Shown here: positions 22,238-31,898 of the stretch, in pieces
How positions within the stretch are numbered: the first letter of the stretch is position 1
Layout of the letters: each line of letters opens with the position of its first letter
DNA from: Escherichia virus TH54
Sequence record: MT446420.1
DNA: 64,000 nucleotides
Direction: 5' to 3' (one strand)
Program-made: the position numbers and the translations under genes
The notes under the pieces: model-generated
Database searches by the model: none
What the model was told of the DNA's origin: nothing
What the model saw: the letters and a program-made list of their open reading frames with translations, nothing else

Positions 22238-22687
22238 TTAATAGCTCTGCAGAATGAATTTAAAGTTATCAGCAAGCATGCGATTCATTTCTGAAAGGGT
22301 CTGGCAATCAGAACTATGTGAGCGAGTGAACGCCATCGCAATTTGACCTTTACCATAACCAGTTGTCAAAGGTTTCATTTTAGAAACTGGAACAAACAGG
22401 ACTTCATAGATAACCCCATTGTTCGCCATTGTGCGAGACAGTTGAGAACGTTGTTTGCGGATGTGACTTAATACAGTGTCAAACCCTTGTTGCGAGCGTT
22501 GGTTACCAACATAAAAACGTGCGGCAACAATACGTGATTCGCCTTCACCTTTGACCATGAAATAAAAACCTGGTTGGGTGATAGCTTCTTTAGTCGGGCG
22601 ACCTGCAACATAATTACCATTATGGATGTAAGCAACAGTAGTAGCGCCAGCATTCAGTACGTCACGACGGGTCATATAAGTAGACAT
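22238..22687 (-). CDS. ndd: nucleoid disruption protein Ndd
   Basis: ...NAGAT...PGFYF.V......[28 protein letters not shown]...MKPLTTG.GKGQ.A.AFTR.H....[18 protein letters not shown] matches T4 Ndd. Confidence 0.9.
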   Translation of the reverse strand: MSTYMTRRDVLNAGATTVAYIHNGNYVAGRPTKEAITQPGFYFMVKGEGESRIVAARFYVGNQRSQQGFDTVLSHIRKQRSQLSRTMANNGVIYEVLFVPVSKMKPLTTGYGKGQIAMAFTRSHSSDCQTLSEMNRMLADNFKFILQSY

Positions 22688-22720
22688 ATTAATTTCCTCA
22701 GTAAGTTAAAGTTTTGTGCT

Positions 22721-22758
22721 CCAGTGGGGTCATTATACTCTGACCCCAAGAGTTTGTA
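22721..22758. repeat. 38-bp promoter/hairpin cassette, copy 1 (identical to 33493-33530)
   Basis: ccagtggggtcattatactctgaccccaagagtttgta; inverted repeat GGGGTCA/TGACCCC around a TATAAT. Confidence 0.9.
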
Positions 22759-22760
22759 TA

Positions 22761-23102
22761 CTATTTTTGAAGTTTTTCTAAAATAAATTCGGGGGTGTAA
22801 CAAGTAGCGTTATACACCTTATTCAGGTTTATCAAAGCATATCCATAGGTATTACGTAATTCTTTAATAACATTTTCATAGCTTACATAGTAAGCATTGC
22901 GATAGTCGGGGTCCATGCACATACGGAATTTAATAAATCTGTAAAAACCTGTATCAGGGTCCTGAACAAAAACAAAATCTGCGCTCATTACAGTTTTTAA
23001 ATGTAACCCTGGAATCTGCCCTTGATTACATAAAGCTGCATCTTGGAGACTAAGGTTCTTAAAGAACATAACATTGGCATTACCAAAAAATAATTTAGAC
23101 AT
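22761..23102 (-). CDS. hypothetical protein
   Basis: 113-aa ORF. Confidence 0.4.
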   Translation of the reverse strand: MSKLFFGNANVMFFKNLSLQDAALCNQGQIPGLHLKTVMSADFVFVQDPDTGFYRFIKFRMCMDPDYRNAYYVSYENVIKELRNTYGYALINLNKVYNATCYTPEFILEKLQK

Positions 23103-23117
23103 AATGATTTCCTCAAT

Positions 23118-23363
23118 TTATTCAGGGTCTACTGCGCCATCCCACAAGTCAACTTCTTCTGATGATTCCATCAGTTCATCAACTGTGAAGCACTCAGTAT
23201 TATTTTCAATTGCAAAGCGCTTCTGATAAAAAGGATAATCCAAACAGTTTTCAGTGCGTACGGGGCGCTCACTGTTATCCATTAAAGGCGAAATGCGAAT
23301 CAGTTGTTGACCATCACCCAGGACAAATTTTTCACCAACTGCAATGTCTTTAAAAAGTTTCAT
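23118..23363 (-). CDS. hypothetical protein
   Basis: 81-aa ORF. Confidence 0.4.
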   Translation of the reverse strand: MKLFKDIAVGEKFVLGDGQQLIRISPLMDNSERPVRTENCLDYPFYQKRFAIENNTECFTVDELMESSEEVDLWDGAVDPE

Positions 23364-23614
23364 TGCTTAGCTCCATTCCAAATTACATCAACAACAGACT
23401 TCAAACCATTATCCTGGATTTGTGTGAACACTTCAGCAGCAATCCAGAACTGGAAACCAATCATTGCAATGGCACCAATGAAAATCAGGATAATCATCGC
23501 CACAATAAACTTGAACATAAAGTCAAAGCGACGATTGGATTTCTGAAATTGTGAATTGTAATTCATAATATTATCCTCAAAAGAAATAGTTAAAGTAAAC
23601 GCGCACATGGTCAA
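23360..23614 (-). CDS. hypothetical membrane protein
   Basis: 84 aa, hydrophobic. Confidence 0.4.
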   Translation of the reverse strand: MTMCAFTLTISFEDNIMNYNSQFQKSNRRFDFMFKFIVAMIILIFIGAIAMIGFQFWIAAEVFTQIQDNGLKSVVDVIWNGAKQ

Positions 23615-23838
23615 TCATAAAAACAATTGGGAAAATGCTCAGGACAACAAACAGTACAAACATGTTCCAAATGGCTTTAAGTAACTTTTTCATAATCATC
23701 TCCAGTAGTTGATAGGTTCATTATACTACAACCACCGGAGATGTACACTCTTTTATGCAAGTTTCATTAATAATAAACTAAAACAAACGCAAATTACTGG
23801 GATACACAACATCCAGATAAGGCACCAGGTTTTGCTGC

Positions 23839-24105
23839 TCAAAATATCACCTCTTTGATTTCAATCAATCCTCTGTACAATGCGGTGCGAAGGTCATAAA
23901 GAATATCTATGCCATCAACATTATCCAGCTTGCCATCAATAAGCTTTTTCAAATCTTCCTTTGACGCAACTAGTGGGCGAAGAAATTTACAATCAGAAAG
24001 AGACAATTCTGTGGTAACATCATCACCATCACCTGACGCATCATACATAGCGGCAACAACCATACCTGTAATTTTGTGTTTGGCGTAGTATAATTTAATA
24101 TCCAT
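23839..24105 (-). CDS. hypothetical protein
   Basis: Track ORF 23839..24168; start re-set to ATG 24105 behind conserved leader ...CTGGAGAAACAAATG. Confidence 0.4.
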   Translation of the reverse strand: MDIKLYYAKHKITGMVVAAMYDASGDGDDVTTELSLSDCKFLRPLVASKEDLKKLIDGKLDNVDGIDILYDLRTALYRGLIEIKEVIF

Positions 24106-24138
24106 TTGTTTCTCCAGTTGGTAACTCAGTATGGAATC

Positions 24139-24168
24139 ATTATACATAGACGCCATACTGATGTACAC
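24139..24168 (-). promoter_or_regulatory. early promoter cassette
   Basis: Minus-strand AAAAAGTAGTGTACATCAGTATGGCGTCTATGTATAAT. Confidence 0.5.
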
Positions 24169-24178
24169 TACTTTTTAA

Positions 24179-24454
24179 TTAATTGTGCATTTGTTCTTTA
24201 ACTTCTTTGTATGCGCCAACTGCATTCACGACACCGGTAAAATCTGCTGTTCCACGATAGAGATAGAAAGCGATTTCAGTCAGGTGGTAGACTTCAAATT
24301 CTGAAAGATAAACGATAACGTCATAATATGCAACTTGACCCTGGACTTCGTTGAATACTACATCAAAAATTTCATGAGTTGGAAAATTGATGTTGTTGTT
24401 TTTGAGTGCTTGAATAAGAATTTGTTTGATGTTGTGAGTAGTAACTTGTTCCAT
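24179..24454 (-). CDS. hypothetical protein
   Basis: Track ORF 24179..24544; start re-set to ATG 24454 whose SD lies in a 9-bp hairpin. Confidence 0.4.
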   Translation of the reverse strand: MEQVTTHNIKQILIQALKNNNINFPTHEIFDVVFNEVQGQVAYYDVIVYLSEFEVYHLTEIAFYLYRGTADFTGVVNAVGAYKEVKEQMHN

Positions 24455-24457
24455 GAT

Positions 24458-24487
24458 AATGTCCTCATTTGTTGGTGTGAGGACATT
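24458..24487 (-). promoter_or_regulatory. SD-sequestering hairpin
   Basis: 9-bp stem ATGTCCTCA/TGAGGACAT with 10-nt loop; GAGGA SD of ORF 24179..24454 lies in the 3' arm. Confidence 0.45.
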
Positions 24488-24501
24488 ATTACATAGTTGG
24501 T

Positions 24502-25095
24502 TCAGCTTGTAAACCGGTGATAGGGAAATTTTTCTTCTGAACAAGAACGGAGGTACCAGCCATCCCCTTGTGACTTCTGCACAAGACCAGACTCAGGAAC
24601 AAAAGCCCCAGGCCCAGCAAGGAATTTTGGTTTAAATCTATAACCTTTGATAGTCTCTTTTACATTAAACATAATCATAAGGTCAGCAAGCTTGTGTTGC
24701 ATAAAAGGACCAAGATTAATCCCGTAACCATGTGGATAATCGCCATGACTACCAGTATGCACGGATATCCATTTGGAACCAGACTGGTGGGTCTTGACTT
24801 CGATTCTTACCCCTTCCTTCGAAACTACATCAAATGCAAAGGAATAGGGATTATCGTAATCTTCATCACCGCCGCATAAAAAGCCGGAGGTCCATTTAGC
24901 AATAGCTTGTTCTGCCATTGTAGCCACCATACATCTTTGCATGACTTGCTCACGGTCTTGACCTGGGTCTTTACGCAATGAATACCTGGCTGTGTCTACA
25001 ATCTTTTGCAGGGATTCAGGGGTTAAATCTTCTTTTGTATAAAGAAAGGAGGGCATCTTTTTCAGATGCTCCCATGTTTTACTCTTCTGAATCAT
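24502..25095 (-). CDS. hypothetical protein (denB-equivalent position, identity not established)
   Basis: 197-aa ORF between ndd cluster and rIIB. Confidence 0.4.
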   Translation of the reverse strand: MIQKSKTWEHLKKMPSFLYTKEDLTPESLQKIVDTARYSLRKDPGQDREQVMQRCMVATMAEQAIAKWTSGFLCGGDEDYDNPYSFAFDVVSKEGVRIEVKTHQSGSKWISVHTGSHGDYPHGYGINLGPFMQHKLADLMIMFNVKETIKGYRFKPKFLAGPGAFVPESGLVQKSQGDGWYLRSCSEEKFPYHRFTS

Positions 25096-25348
25096 CTTTT
25101 ACCTCATCGATGCCGACGATTCCCCGGATATGAAGCTCGCCATAGTACAAACGGTCATTAGCATCAAATGTATCAGAATCCGGGTCAGGGAATTCCCCAA
25201 CAACTACTTCATCACATTCCAACCAGCCATAGTGAACATCACCTTCATGCTTGATGAGCTTACCACAGTAAACTATTCCTGCGTAATGGTGACCCCGGAG
25301 ATTTGAAACTTTGATGTCACGGTCTGACACATTGAAATGCTTAATCAT
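25079..25348 (-). CDS. hypothetical protein
   Basis: 89-aa ORF. Confidence 0.35.
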   Translation of the reverse strand: MIKHFNVSDRDIKVSNLRGHHYAGIVYCGKLIKHEGDVHYGWLECDEVVVGEFPDPDSDTFDANDRLYYGELHIRGIVGIDEVKDDSEE

Positions 25349-25351
25349 AAT

Positions 25352-25561
25352 TTATTCACCAAAATAAGAGATACGAATTGCCAGTACATGAGCATAAGCG
25401 CTCATTGCATCTAACTGGGCATTCAAAAGACCTTGCTGACGAGCATCGAGAGTTTCAAAAACTCCACCCTTAATAAACTCTTCAAGAGCATTAATTTTCA
25501 AAACCAGCTGGTCATATTCTTCAACTACACGTGCTTGGAAACCTAACATTTCTTTAGACAT
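25352..25561 (-). CDS. hypothetical protein
   Basis: 69-aa ORF. Confidence 0.35.
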   Translation of the reverse strand: MSKEMLGFQARVVEEYDQLVLKINALEEFIKGGVFETLDARQQGLLNAQLDAMSAYAHVLAIRISYFGE

Positions 25562-26045
25562 TGTGTTCTTCCATATATTTTAATCGAGCTTCATTTGCTT
25601 CTTCTGGAGTTGCAAAAGCTCCGACTTGAATTTGTTTTTTATTTCGCATAATAGTGGCTCGCCATGGTTTATTCAAAGCTCGTTTATCAAACGAGACTCC
25701 TTTAAATCCAGACTTGTTGTTATTATACGGGCGCTTATTTAAAGCATTCTCGCCTGGACTAACCCATCTGCAGTTATCGGGAGAGTACCCTTTATCGTTA
25801 TCTGTTCGGTCAAGTTGATGTTTGTCAGTGGGTCGTGGCCCCATATCTGTATAAAATCTTTCAAAATCATGCAGCCATTCATCGCAAACAGTGATACCCC
25901 GACCGCCATATCGAGAATAACTAATATGTGTTGGATTGCAACACCGAGCTTTCATGCCAATCCATACAATGTATTCAGGCGTGTGACCTAGCCCGTGGAC
26001 AATACCACGAGCCGAGCCATCTTTAGCAATTGTTTGTTTAATCAT
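25554..26045 (-). CDS. putative HNH homing endonuclease with C-terminal AP2-like DNA-binding domain
   Basis: 163 aa; HQLDRTDNDKGYSPDNCRWVSPGENALN (H-N-N pattern) plus GFKGVSFDKRA..KPWRATI...VGAFATPEEANEARLKY (AP2-like); ATG lies inside the rIIB stop region. Confidence 0.55.
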   Translation of the reverse strand: MIKQTIAKDGSARGIVHGLGHTPEYIVWIGMKARCCNPTHISYSRYGGRGITVCDEWLHDFERFYTDMGPRPTDKHQLDRTDNDKGYSPDNCRWVSPGENALNKRPYNNNKSGFKGVSFDKRALNKPWRATIMRNKKQIQVGAFATPEEANEARLKYMEEHNV

Positions 26046-27018
26046 TGAAACGTTCGGTCACATCTTCAAGAACCAGGTAACCGCAAACCCTCATCTTACT
26101 ATCGGAATAATCCACCGGGATACTTACAACATCGCGCGGGTGAACTTTACATGATACGATGCGCCCATCACCATGACCAAAACCGCTTCCGATATAGCCT
26201 TTAGAGCAAACATGTAACCCGGTTGAACAGGTCTGTTCGTCATTGTCATTCACACGAGAGCGTGGCATTTTAACATATTGGCCAGGGCTGTTGTCGAATG
26301 TGTTTGAGTGACAATCTTTGTAGGTTGAACGAACCATTTTCCATGCGATGAAATAACCGTCTTCGGTGATTTCGATATCGTTCGCAACCAGGAAGTCAAA
26401 CAAACGCTGTACAGCTTTCTCACTCGGGTTCTCAAGGAGATTCTCGAGGAATGGCAGATAGAATTCAAAGTCTTCGCCATTTTGCATTGAATCAATGATA
26501 CGAGTAACCAGGCCAGAGCGCAGTTCAATTCCCTGATAGAACAGGCTACCACCTTCAATACGCACATCGCCTTTCACATATTTTTGTACTGCAGCTTTGA
26601 TTGAGATAAACTCGATAGCATCATCAAAACGAGATTCAATCAATGCCTGAATAATATCATTAAAGTGTTTATGGTCTTTTGTTGCGTTCCAGACCGTACG
26701 ACCTTCGGTGATGGAAACGAATTTGCTTGATGCATTCCATACGATTTCCGGGCGGCTTCCGCCAATTGTATCTTCAACAACCGGGACTTCAACCGTTACT
26801 GTCACCGGAGCATTAATCGCCACACCAACAGCTGCTTTCAGTGATGCAGAAATGGTTTTAGATAATTTTGATTCTTTATCATTTTTCAAAACACGGCGAA
26901 TGGTGTCAACCGATACACCGAAATTATCTGCTAGTTCCTGTTGGGTATAATTACCAGTTTTATAAAGAGAAACTACCTGGTTTTGGTCAAATTTGGATAA
27001 AGCTTTAATATTAAACAT
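26038..27018 (-). CDS. rIIB: rIIB membrane-associated protein
   Basis: GNYTQQELAD..GVSVDTIRRVLKN...GDVRIEGGSLFYQ.IELRSGLV.RI.DSM..GE.FEFY.PFLENLLENPS.KAV.RLFDFLVANDIEITEDGYF collinear with T4 rIIB. Confidence 0.95.
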   Translation of the reverse strand: MFNIKALSKFDQNQVVSLYKTGNYTQQELADNFGVSVDTIRRVLKNDKESKLSKTISASLKAAVGVAINAPVTVTVEVPVVEDTIGGSRPEIVWNASSKFVSITEGRTVWNATKDHKHFNDIIQALIESRFDDAIEFISIKAAVQKYVKGDVRIEGGSLFYQGIELRSGLVTRIIDSMQNGEDFEFYLPFLENLLENPSEKAVQRLFDFLVANDIEITEDGYFIAWKMVRSTYKDCHSNTFDNSPGQYVKMPRSRVNDNDEQTCSTGLHVCSKGYIGSGFGHGDGRIVSCKVHPRDVVSIPVDYSDSKMRVCGYLVLEDVTERFND

Positions 27019-27019
27019 A

Positions 27020-29254
27020 TTATTCCTTATTGGCCGCTTCCACGGCCTTCATGATTTGAGCAACGTTCTGTACTTGTTCAGTTGACATGGCGTTACGGTT
27101 ATATAAAAAGTGTGAAACAATCGGGTGATTCTTTTCAAATTCAAAAACCATTTTATCGCTTGTTACCGAAGCGTTTTTGGTCAGGTCGTCATAAATCTTA
27201 TTACAAAGGACCAGAGTTTCCTGCATGGTCTTATCAACTGTTCCACTGTTATATGCATTATAAGCAAAGAACTTATTGAACTGCATTAGTTCAGCATAGT
27301 CAGTGTTCACATCTTTCTGAACATCTTTTGCATAAAAATACTTGAACATAAAATTCAATTCTGCATATTCAGACAGGATAGGAATATAATAACGCGAACG
27401 GCTTGAAGCGGCAATGTACTGGTCCGCATCAACTGAATCAATCAATTCCACATAACGATTGACTGCAGCTTCAATCAGACAATCACACTGCGCCAGCTTG
27501 GTAACCTTTTTCTGAAGCTGCGGGCGAATAACACAGAATTCATTGATTTCCAACAGGTTTGCCAGTTTGCACAATGTCTGGGTCCCGAAGTTCGTGACGC
27601 CATAATCCTGATTCAACGGGGAAATGCTGCTGCGGTTAATGAATACAGCATAACCATCGATTTCCTCTGCATCAGCTGCACACGTAAATTCTTCAACAGC
27701 CTGCCAGCGACCATTGGTTTTAGTCCAACGAATCACCGATGGAGTCTTTGACTTAACACGCTCTTTCGGGTCCGCAACCGGAATCCAGTCTTTTACAAGG
27801 GCGGTCAGTTCAGACGTACGATAGATATTAACTGTATCGCCTTTAAATCGTTCTTGAAGTTGAACCATCAGACGTGTTTGAATTTCGCTGGTTGGGTCAA
27901 CGAACAATAGACTACTACCTTGTACAGTCGGAACTTTACCAGATGCTTTGAGCTTTTTGGCTTTCGCGCTGGTGTCATACAGCATTGAACTGATACCACG
28001 AATCATCGCAATTCGCCCTTTAGCATCGTCAATAACAATATTCAAGGTATCATTATGAATACCAAACATGCTTGTCAGGCTTGCAGTATTCGTGTTCGAG
28101 CTTGAGTTACGCAGACGTTTCAGACGGGTAGTGCTATAGATATCATAGACAACCCCGGCATTAATAAGGTCTTTGTCCAGCTCGAACATTTCGTACATCT
28201 GGTTAAAAGTCAATTGTGATTTTGTAAATTTCGTTTCAGCATTACGAGCTTTCAGAAAATTACGAGCTTCATAACTCAGACTCTGCAATTCGCGATACGT
28301 ATGGCGGATACATTCTGATTCCTGCCATTTCTTACAATCATCTTCCATGACCTTCTTATCAAGCGATTCAATACGTTCAACGATATTTGCGACCGTACGT
28401 TTGTCCAGTGATAATGCTTCGCGAGAAGGTGCAATATCCAACGAACCCATCGGGAACTTAATAAAGACAACATCATTTTTGGCAGTCATCCAGGTTTTCT
28501 TTGTATAACCGTCACCAATCGGATAAACAATACCGCCGTAAATTGCATAAAGTCCATAACGTTCTGGGCTGCTATAATCAATACGCGCTGGAGCATAATA
28601 ATCATCAAATTCTGGGAAGTAATTAATTTCGCCTACGCCTTGCACTTCAGCCAGTCCAGCAAATGGACGCATGATATACGCAATCTCGTAGCGGAACTTA
28701 CCAAAATCATTACTATCAACCGGGACAACAACTTCAATCCCTGTGCGGTCACCAGGTTTCATTGGTTCGCTAAAGGTTGGCTTAATCTGTGGACCATCGC
28801 CATCCATATAAGCGACATAACCGTTAACTTGACCATCATGATATGAAATCAGGCTAAACGTCTCGGTATAACTGAACGGAGATTTAGAACCCAGGCCAAA
28901 GCCACCAATAAAATCGTTGGATTCAGCCTTGGATGATGCAAAGAAACTGTTATACAGACCTGGAGTATTTTCATCACCACGAATCTGGAAATCACTCATA
29001 CCCGGACCAAAGTCACGACATACAAAACGTGGGTCCAGTTCACCAGGAGCTTGCACAATGAATTTATCCTGACAACCATTGAGCATATGAGCATCAATCA
29101 TATTGGTAATCAGCTCACGAACAACCGCGCGCACCTTGTTTGTATAAAGGTCGCTGGTCAGAATCTTAAACACCTTTGGAGATGCCTGGATTGTGAATGC
29201 TGATGCCTTGGCACCATTACCAAGGATTGTTTCCTTTTCAGTTTCTAAAATCAT
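27020..29254 (-). CDS. rIIA: rIIA protein
   Basis: 744 aa; N-terminal ATPase-like ...VRELITNMIDAH...GGFGLGSKSPFSY; size and position as T4 rIIA. Confidence 0.9.
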   Translation of the reverse strand: MILETEKETILGNGAKASAFTIQASPKVFKILTSDLYTNKVRAVVRELITNMIDAHMLNGCQDKFIVQAPGELDPRFVCRDFGPGMSDFQIRGDENTPGLYNSFFASSKAESNDFIGGFGLGSKSPFSYTETFSLISYHDGQVNGYVAYMDGDGPQIKPTFSEPMKPGDRTGIEVVVPVDSNDFGKFRYEIAYIMRPFAGLAEVQGVGEINYFPEFDDYYAPARIDYSSPERYGLYAIYGGIVYPIGDGYTKKTWMTAKNDVVFIKFPMGSLDIAPSREALSLDKRTVANIVERIESLDKKVMEDDCKKWQESECIRHTYRELQSLSYEARNFLKARNAETKFTKSQLTFNQMYEMFELDKDLINAGVVYDIYSTTRLKRLRNSSSNTNTASLTSMFGIHNDTLNIVIDDAKGRIAMIRGISSMLYDTSAKAKKLKASGKVPTVQGSSLLFVDPTSEIQTRLMVQLQERFKGDTVNIYRTSELTALVKDWIPVADPKERVKSKTPSVIRWTKTNGRWQAVEEFTCAADAEEIDGYAVFINRSSISPLNQDYGVTNFGTQTLCKLANLLEINEFCVIRPQLQKKVTKLAQCDCLIEAAVNRYVELIDSVDADQYIAASSRSRYYIPILSEYAELNFMFKYFYAKDVQKDVNTDYAELMQFNKFFAYNAYNSGTVDKTMQETLVLCNKIYDDLTKNASVTSDKMVFEFEKNHPIVSHFLYNRNAMSTEQVQNVAQIMKAVEAANKE

Positions 29255-29261
29255 GTTTTTC

Positions 29262-29471
29262 TCACTTTATGTTACGTTTGATTAATTCTGCAACTTCAAG
29301 AAGTTCATCCTTTGTTGCGGCGTCTGAAGCTATTTTAATACGGATTTCTTTGAAGCGTTCTTTAAACTCTTCAGCTTCTCTTATATCAAAAAATCGTTGG
29401 ATAACACGGTACTCTTTATGGATAGCCTTATCAAACAGTTCCATATTAACTTTGAAGTTCGTCATTTCCAA
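29262..29471 (-). CDS. hypothetical protein (rIIA.1 position)
   Basis: 69-aa ORF. Confidence 0.4.
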   Translation of the reverse strand: MEMTNFKVNMELFDKAIHKEYRVIQRFFDIREAEEFKERFKEIRIKIASDAATKDELLEVAELIKRNIK

Positions 29472-29730
29472 TCTCCTGTAATATTTTTCTCATACTACGC
29501 ATGGTAGCTTTATGTTCTTGGTCATGGTATATCAATGCAAGGAGTGCTTCAATTCGCTCCTCAGGGACCTTCTGGCCAGCCTTAATGCTCATGGCTGTTG
29601 TTCTTACAGCTAACAAGTAACTTCGCTTCCTGTCGTTATCTGGGAGCCCCTGCACCTTCCTTAGACCTGCTTCCATAATACACCGTGCAACATTTTGCAG
29701 ATTAACTAAACTTCCGTCAGACATAATCAT
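29446..29730 (-). CDS. hypothetical protein
   Basis: 94-aa ORF. Confidence 0.4.
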   Translation of the reverse strand: MIMSDGSLVNLQNVARCIMEAGLRKVQGLPDNDRKRSYLLAVRTTAMSIKAGQKVPEERIEALLALIYHDQEHKATMRSMRKILQEIGNDELQS

Positions 29731-29784
29731 ATTTTCACCTCAAAGACATCTTAACACAATTTTTGTGGCTTGTACATAATAAAA

Positions 29785-29802
29785 AGGTCTCCCGAAGGAG
29801 AC
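29785..29802 (-). terminator. intrinsic terminator
   Basis: Minus-strand GGTCTCC-TTCG-GGAGACC then TTTTT. Confidence 0.55.
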
Positions 29803-29808
29803 CAAATT

Positions 29809-29997
29809 TTATTCTACTTTATAGACTTGACCATACGCCATGAAAGTTTCACCTTCCCAGGTTTCGCACGTGATTGTTACAAATTCTGCAAACAAAGGTT
29901 TTTTCTCTGCCCAGAGAAAACCATATTCACCGGTAGCGAGTGTAATCCAGTATTTAGTCATATTGTCTCCTAGTAGCGGGAGAATATTCTCCCACAT
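29809..29997 (-). CDS. hypothetical protein
   Basis: 62-aa ORF followed by terminator hairpin. Confidence 0.35.
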   Translation of the reverse strand: MWENILPLLGDNMTKYWITLATGEYGFLWAEKKPLFAEFVTITCETWEGETFMAYGQVYKVE

Positions 29998-30001
29998 CTA
30001 T

Positions 30002-31834
30002 TTATAGCGTCGCATTCATCCAATCTTTACGCTGTTGGGAATCTTTACCGAATAGCATTTCGAACAGTTCTTTCCAGTTGTCGGGCAATTGAACAACTTC
30101 GAATACCGGCTCGAGCAATACGCGTTTGTACTCGGAATCTTCCAGAGAGCCAAGCCCCTTGATATATCGGATGGTGTGCTTCGGAAGTTTATCCTTAGCT
30201 TCTTCATAATCAGGAAGAGAATAGAACCATTCTTGTTTATCTTTGAGCTGCGCAATAATAACAGGAGTTTTCACAAAGCGAATTCGTCCTTCATGGAACA
30301 GCTCTGGCCAGTTACTGAAAAACGCCAATAACGATGGATAGATACTACCGACACCATCCACATCCGCATCTGTCATGATAGCAATGTTTCGGTAATTCAT
30401 ATTCTCGGCCGGTTGTCCAATCGTTAATCCAGTAATTGCACACACATCAAAGGCTTCAGCGTTCTTCATAACGTCAATAGCTTTCAGGCCCCATGTGTTT
30501 TTAAACTTGCCCCGTAATGGATAAGCACCCTGCAATTCACGGTCGCGAACCTTGATAAATGGGCCAGTTGCAGAATCCCCTTCGGTCAGGAATAGAGTCG
30601 TTTCCAACTTATCATTGCCCCATTCGTTGGCCTTGATATGCTTTTGTACCTTGGCCTTTGAAGCTTTCTTATTTGCCTTAGTCTCTGCTGCTTTCTCTGC
30701 AGCCAATTTACGGGCTAATGCAGCTTCAACAATCGGCATAATCAGCGGTTCATTTTTCAGAATAGCTTGCGCGATTTTCTTAGCATCAATCTTAATGTGA
30801 TTTCGGATTTCACCAGCCGGAGAAGTCAATCGCTCCTTGGTTTGGGAATCAAATCGCATGTTGCTCATATCGCGGATGAACATAAGCATGGTGAGACATT
30901 CTTTAACTCGTGCCTTGGTCACCTCAATGCCTTTATATTTGCGCTTAATCGCCGGCTGAAGGTGTTCACAGATATCATCCATAACACATTCAACGTGGTG
31001 TCCGCCATTCTTTGTATGAATGTTGTTGACATAAGTCAACTGACGGAAACCGTCTGGGCTGGTCGTAAAGGCCATCGATACTGTATCAGTTTCCTGGATA
31101 ACAACTTCGGTTCCGAATTGCTTGGAGAACTTCTTGAAGTTGCCATCAACCTTTTTACCATTAAAGGTGAACTGAATATCCGGATAAACAACAGCAAGAG
31201 TCTGCAGACGGTCCAATGTAATATCCAGATAAATCTGGGACAGACTATTTTCTTCAAAGTGACTAAAATCTGGAATAAATATAACAGTCGTACCTTTACC
31301 CTTTGATTTCTTAGTCGACCAACATTTGTTTTCCATACCGTTGGAGCAGTTAACAGTAATTTCGTTCGCCCCATCAGCGGTAATCCCGGTGAACAATACG
31401 GAGAAAATATTGGTCAGAGAAGACCCGACGCCATTCATCCCGCCAGTTTTACGTTCAGCATCATCGCCGAAGTTGCCACCTGCTTTTGGAATAGTCCATG
31501 CTGCAACAGGGCCAGGGATTTGTTCACCGTTTTGGTCTGTAACCATTGCCTGTGGAATACCACGGCCATTATCAGAAACCGAAATCTGATTATCTTTAAT
31601 TTGGACATCAATTTTATTGGCAAATTTAAAACTGGTGCGAATTGCTTCATCAACAGAGTTATCAATAATTTCATCAATCAGTTTTACAATACCAGGAACA
31701 TAGCTTACGGACTTATATTCACCAAACAAGAATCGCTCATGCGCTTCATTTGAACTGGAACCAATATACATCCCGGAACGTTTTTTGATATGCTCGACGT
31801 CCGAGAGTACTTTAATTTCATTATTAATCATCAT
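30002..31834 (-). CDS. 39: topoisomerase II large subunit, uninterrupted gp39+gp60-type ORF
   Basis: 610 aa; N-terminal GHKL ATPase (MINNEIK.LSD.EHIKKRSGMYIGS), C-terminal TOPRIM-like part in one frame. Confidence 0.9.
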   Translation of the reverse strand: MMINNEIKVLSDVEHIKKRSGMYIGSSSNEAHERFLFGEYKSVSYVPGIVKLIDEIIDNSVDEAIRTSFKFANKIDVQIKDNQISVSDNGRGIPQAMVTDQNGEQIPGPVAAWTIPKAGGNFGDDAERKTGGMNGVGSSLTNIFSVLFTGITADGANEITVNCSNGMENKCWSTKKSKGKGTTVIFIPDFSHFEENSLSQIYLDITLDRLQTLAVVYPDIQFTFNGKKVDGNFKKFSKQFGTEVVIQETDTVSMAFTTSPDGFRQLTYVNNIHTKNGGHHVECVMDDICEHLQPAIKRKYKGIEVTKARVKECLTMLMFIRDMSNMRFDSQTKERLTSPAGEIRNHIKIDAKKIAQAILKNEPLIMPIVEAALARKLAAEKAAETKANKKASKAKVQKHIKANEWGNDKLETTLFLTEGDSATGPFIKVRDRELQGAYPLRGKFKNTWGLKAIDVMKNAEAFDVCAITGLTIGQPAENMNYRNIAIMTDADVDGVGSIYPSLLAFFSNWPELFHEGRIRFVKTPVIIAQLKDKQEWFYSLPDYEEAKDKLPKHTIRYIKGLGSLEDSEYKRVLLEPVFEVVQLPDNWKELFEMLFGKDSQQRKDWMNATL

Positions 31835-31856
31835 CTTTCCTCTTGTGTATGGAGGT

Positions 31857-31884
31857 ATTATAAGTCACATATTTTAAAGCAAAA
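31857..31884 (-). promoter_or_regulatory. candidate MotA-dependent middle promoter for gene 39
   Basis: Minus-strand TTTGCTTTA, 12-nt spacer, TATAAT, just after a terminator hairpin. Confidence 0.45.
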
Positions 31885-31898
31885 AGGCCCGAAGGCCT
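31881..31898 (-). terminator. intrinsic terminator after lipoprotein gene
   Basis: Minus-strand AGGCC-TTCG-GGCCT then TTTTTG. Confidence 0.5.

Noticed and set aside
30767-31306. 179-aa plus-strand ORF (also 30552..30800, 31326..31589, 28640..28846)
   Set aside because: Antisense to gene 39 and rIIA; no SD, no conservation signal; shadow ORFs.
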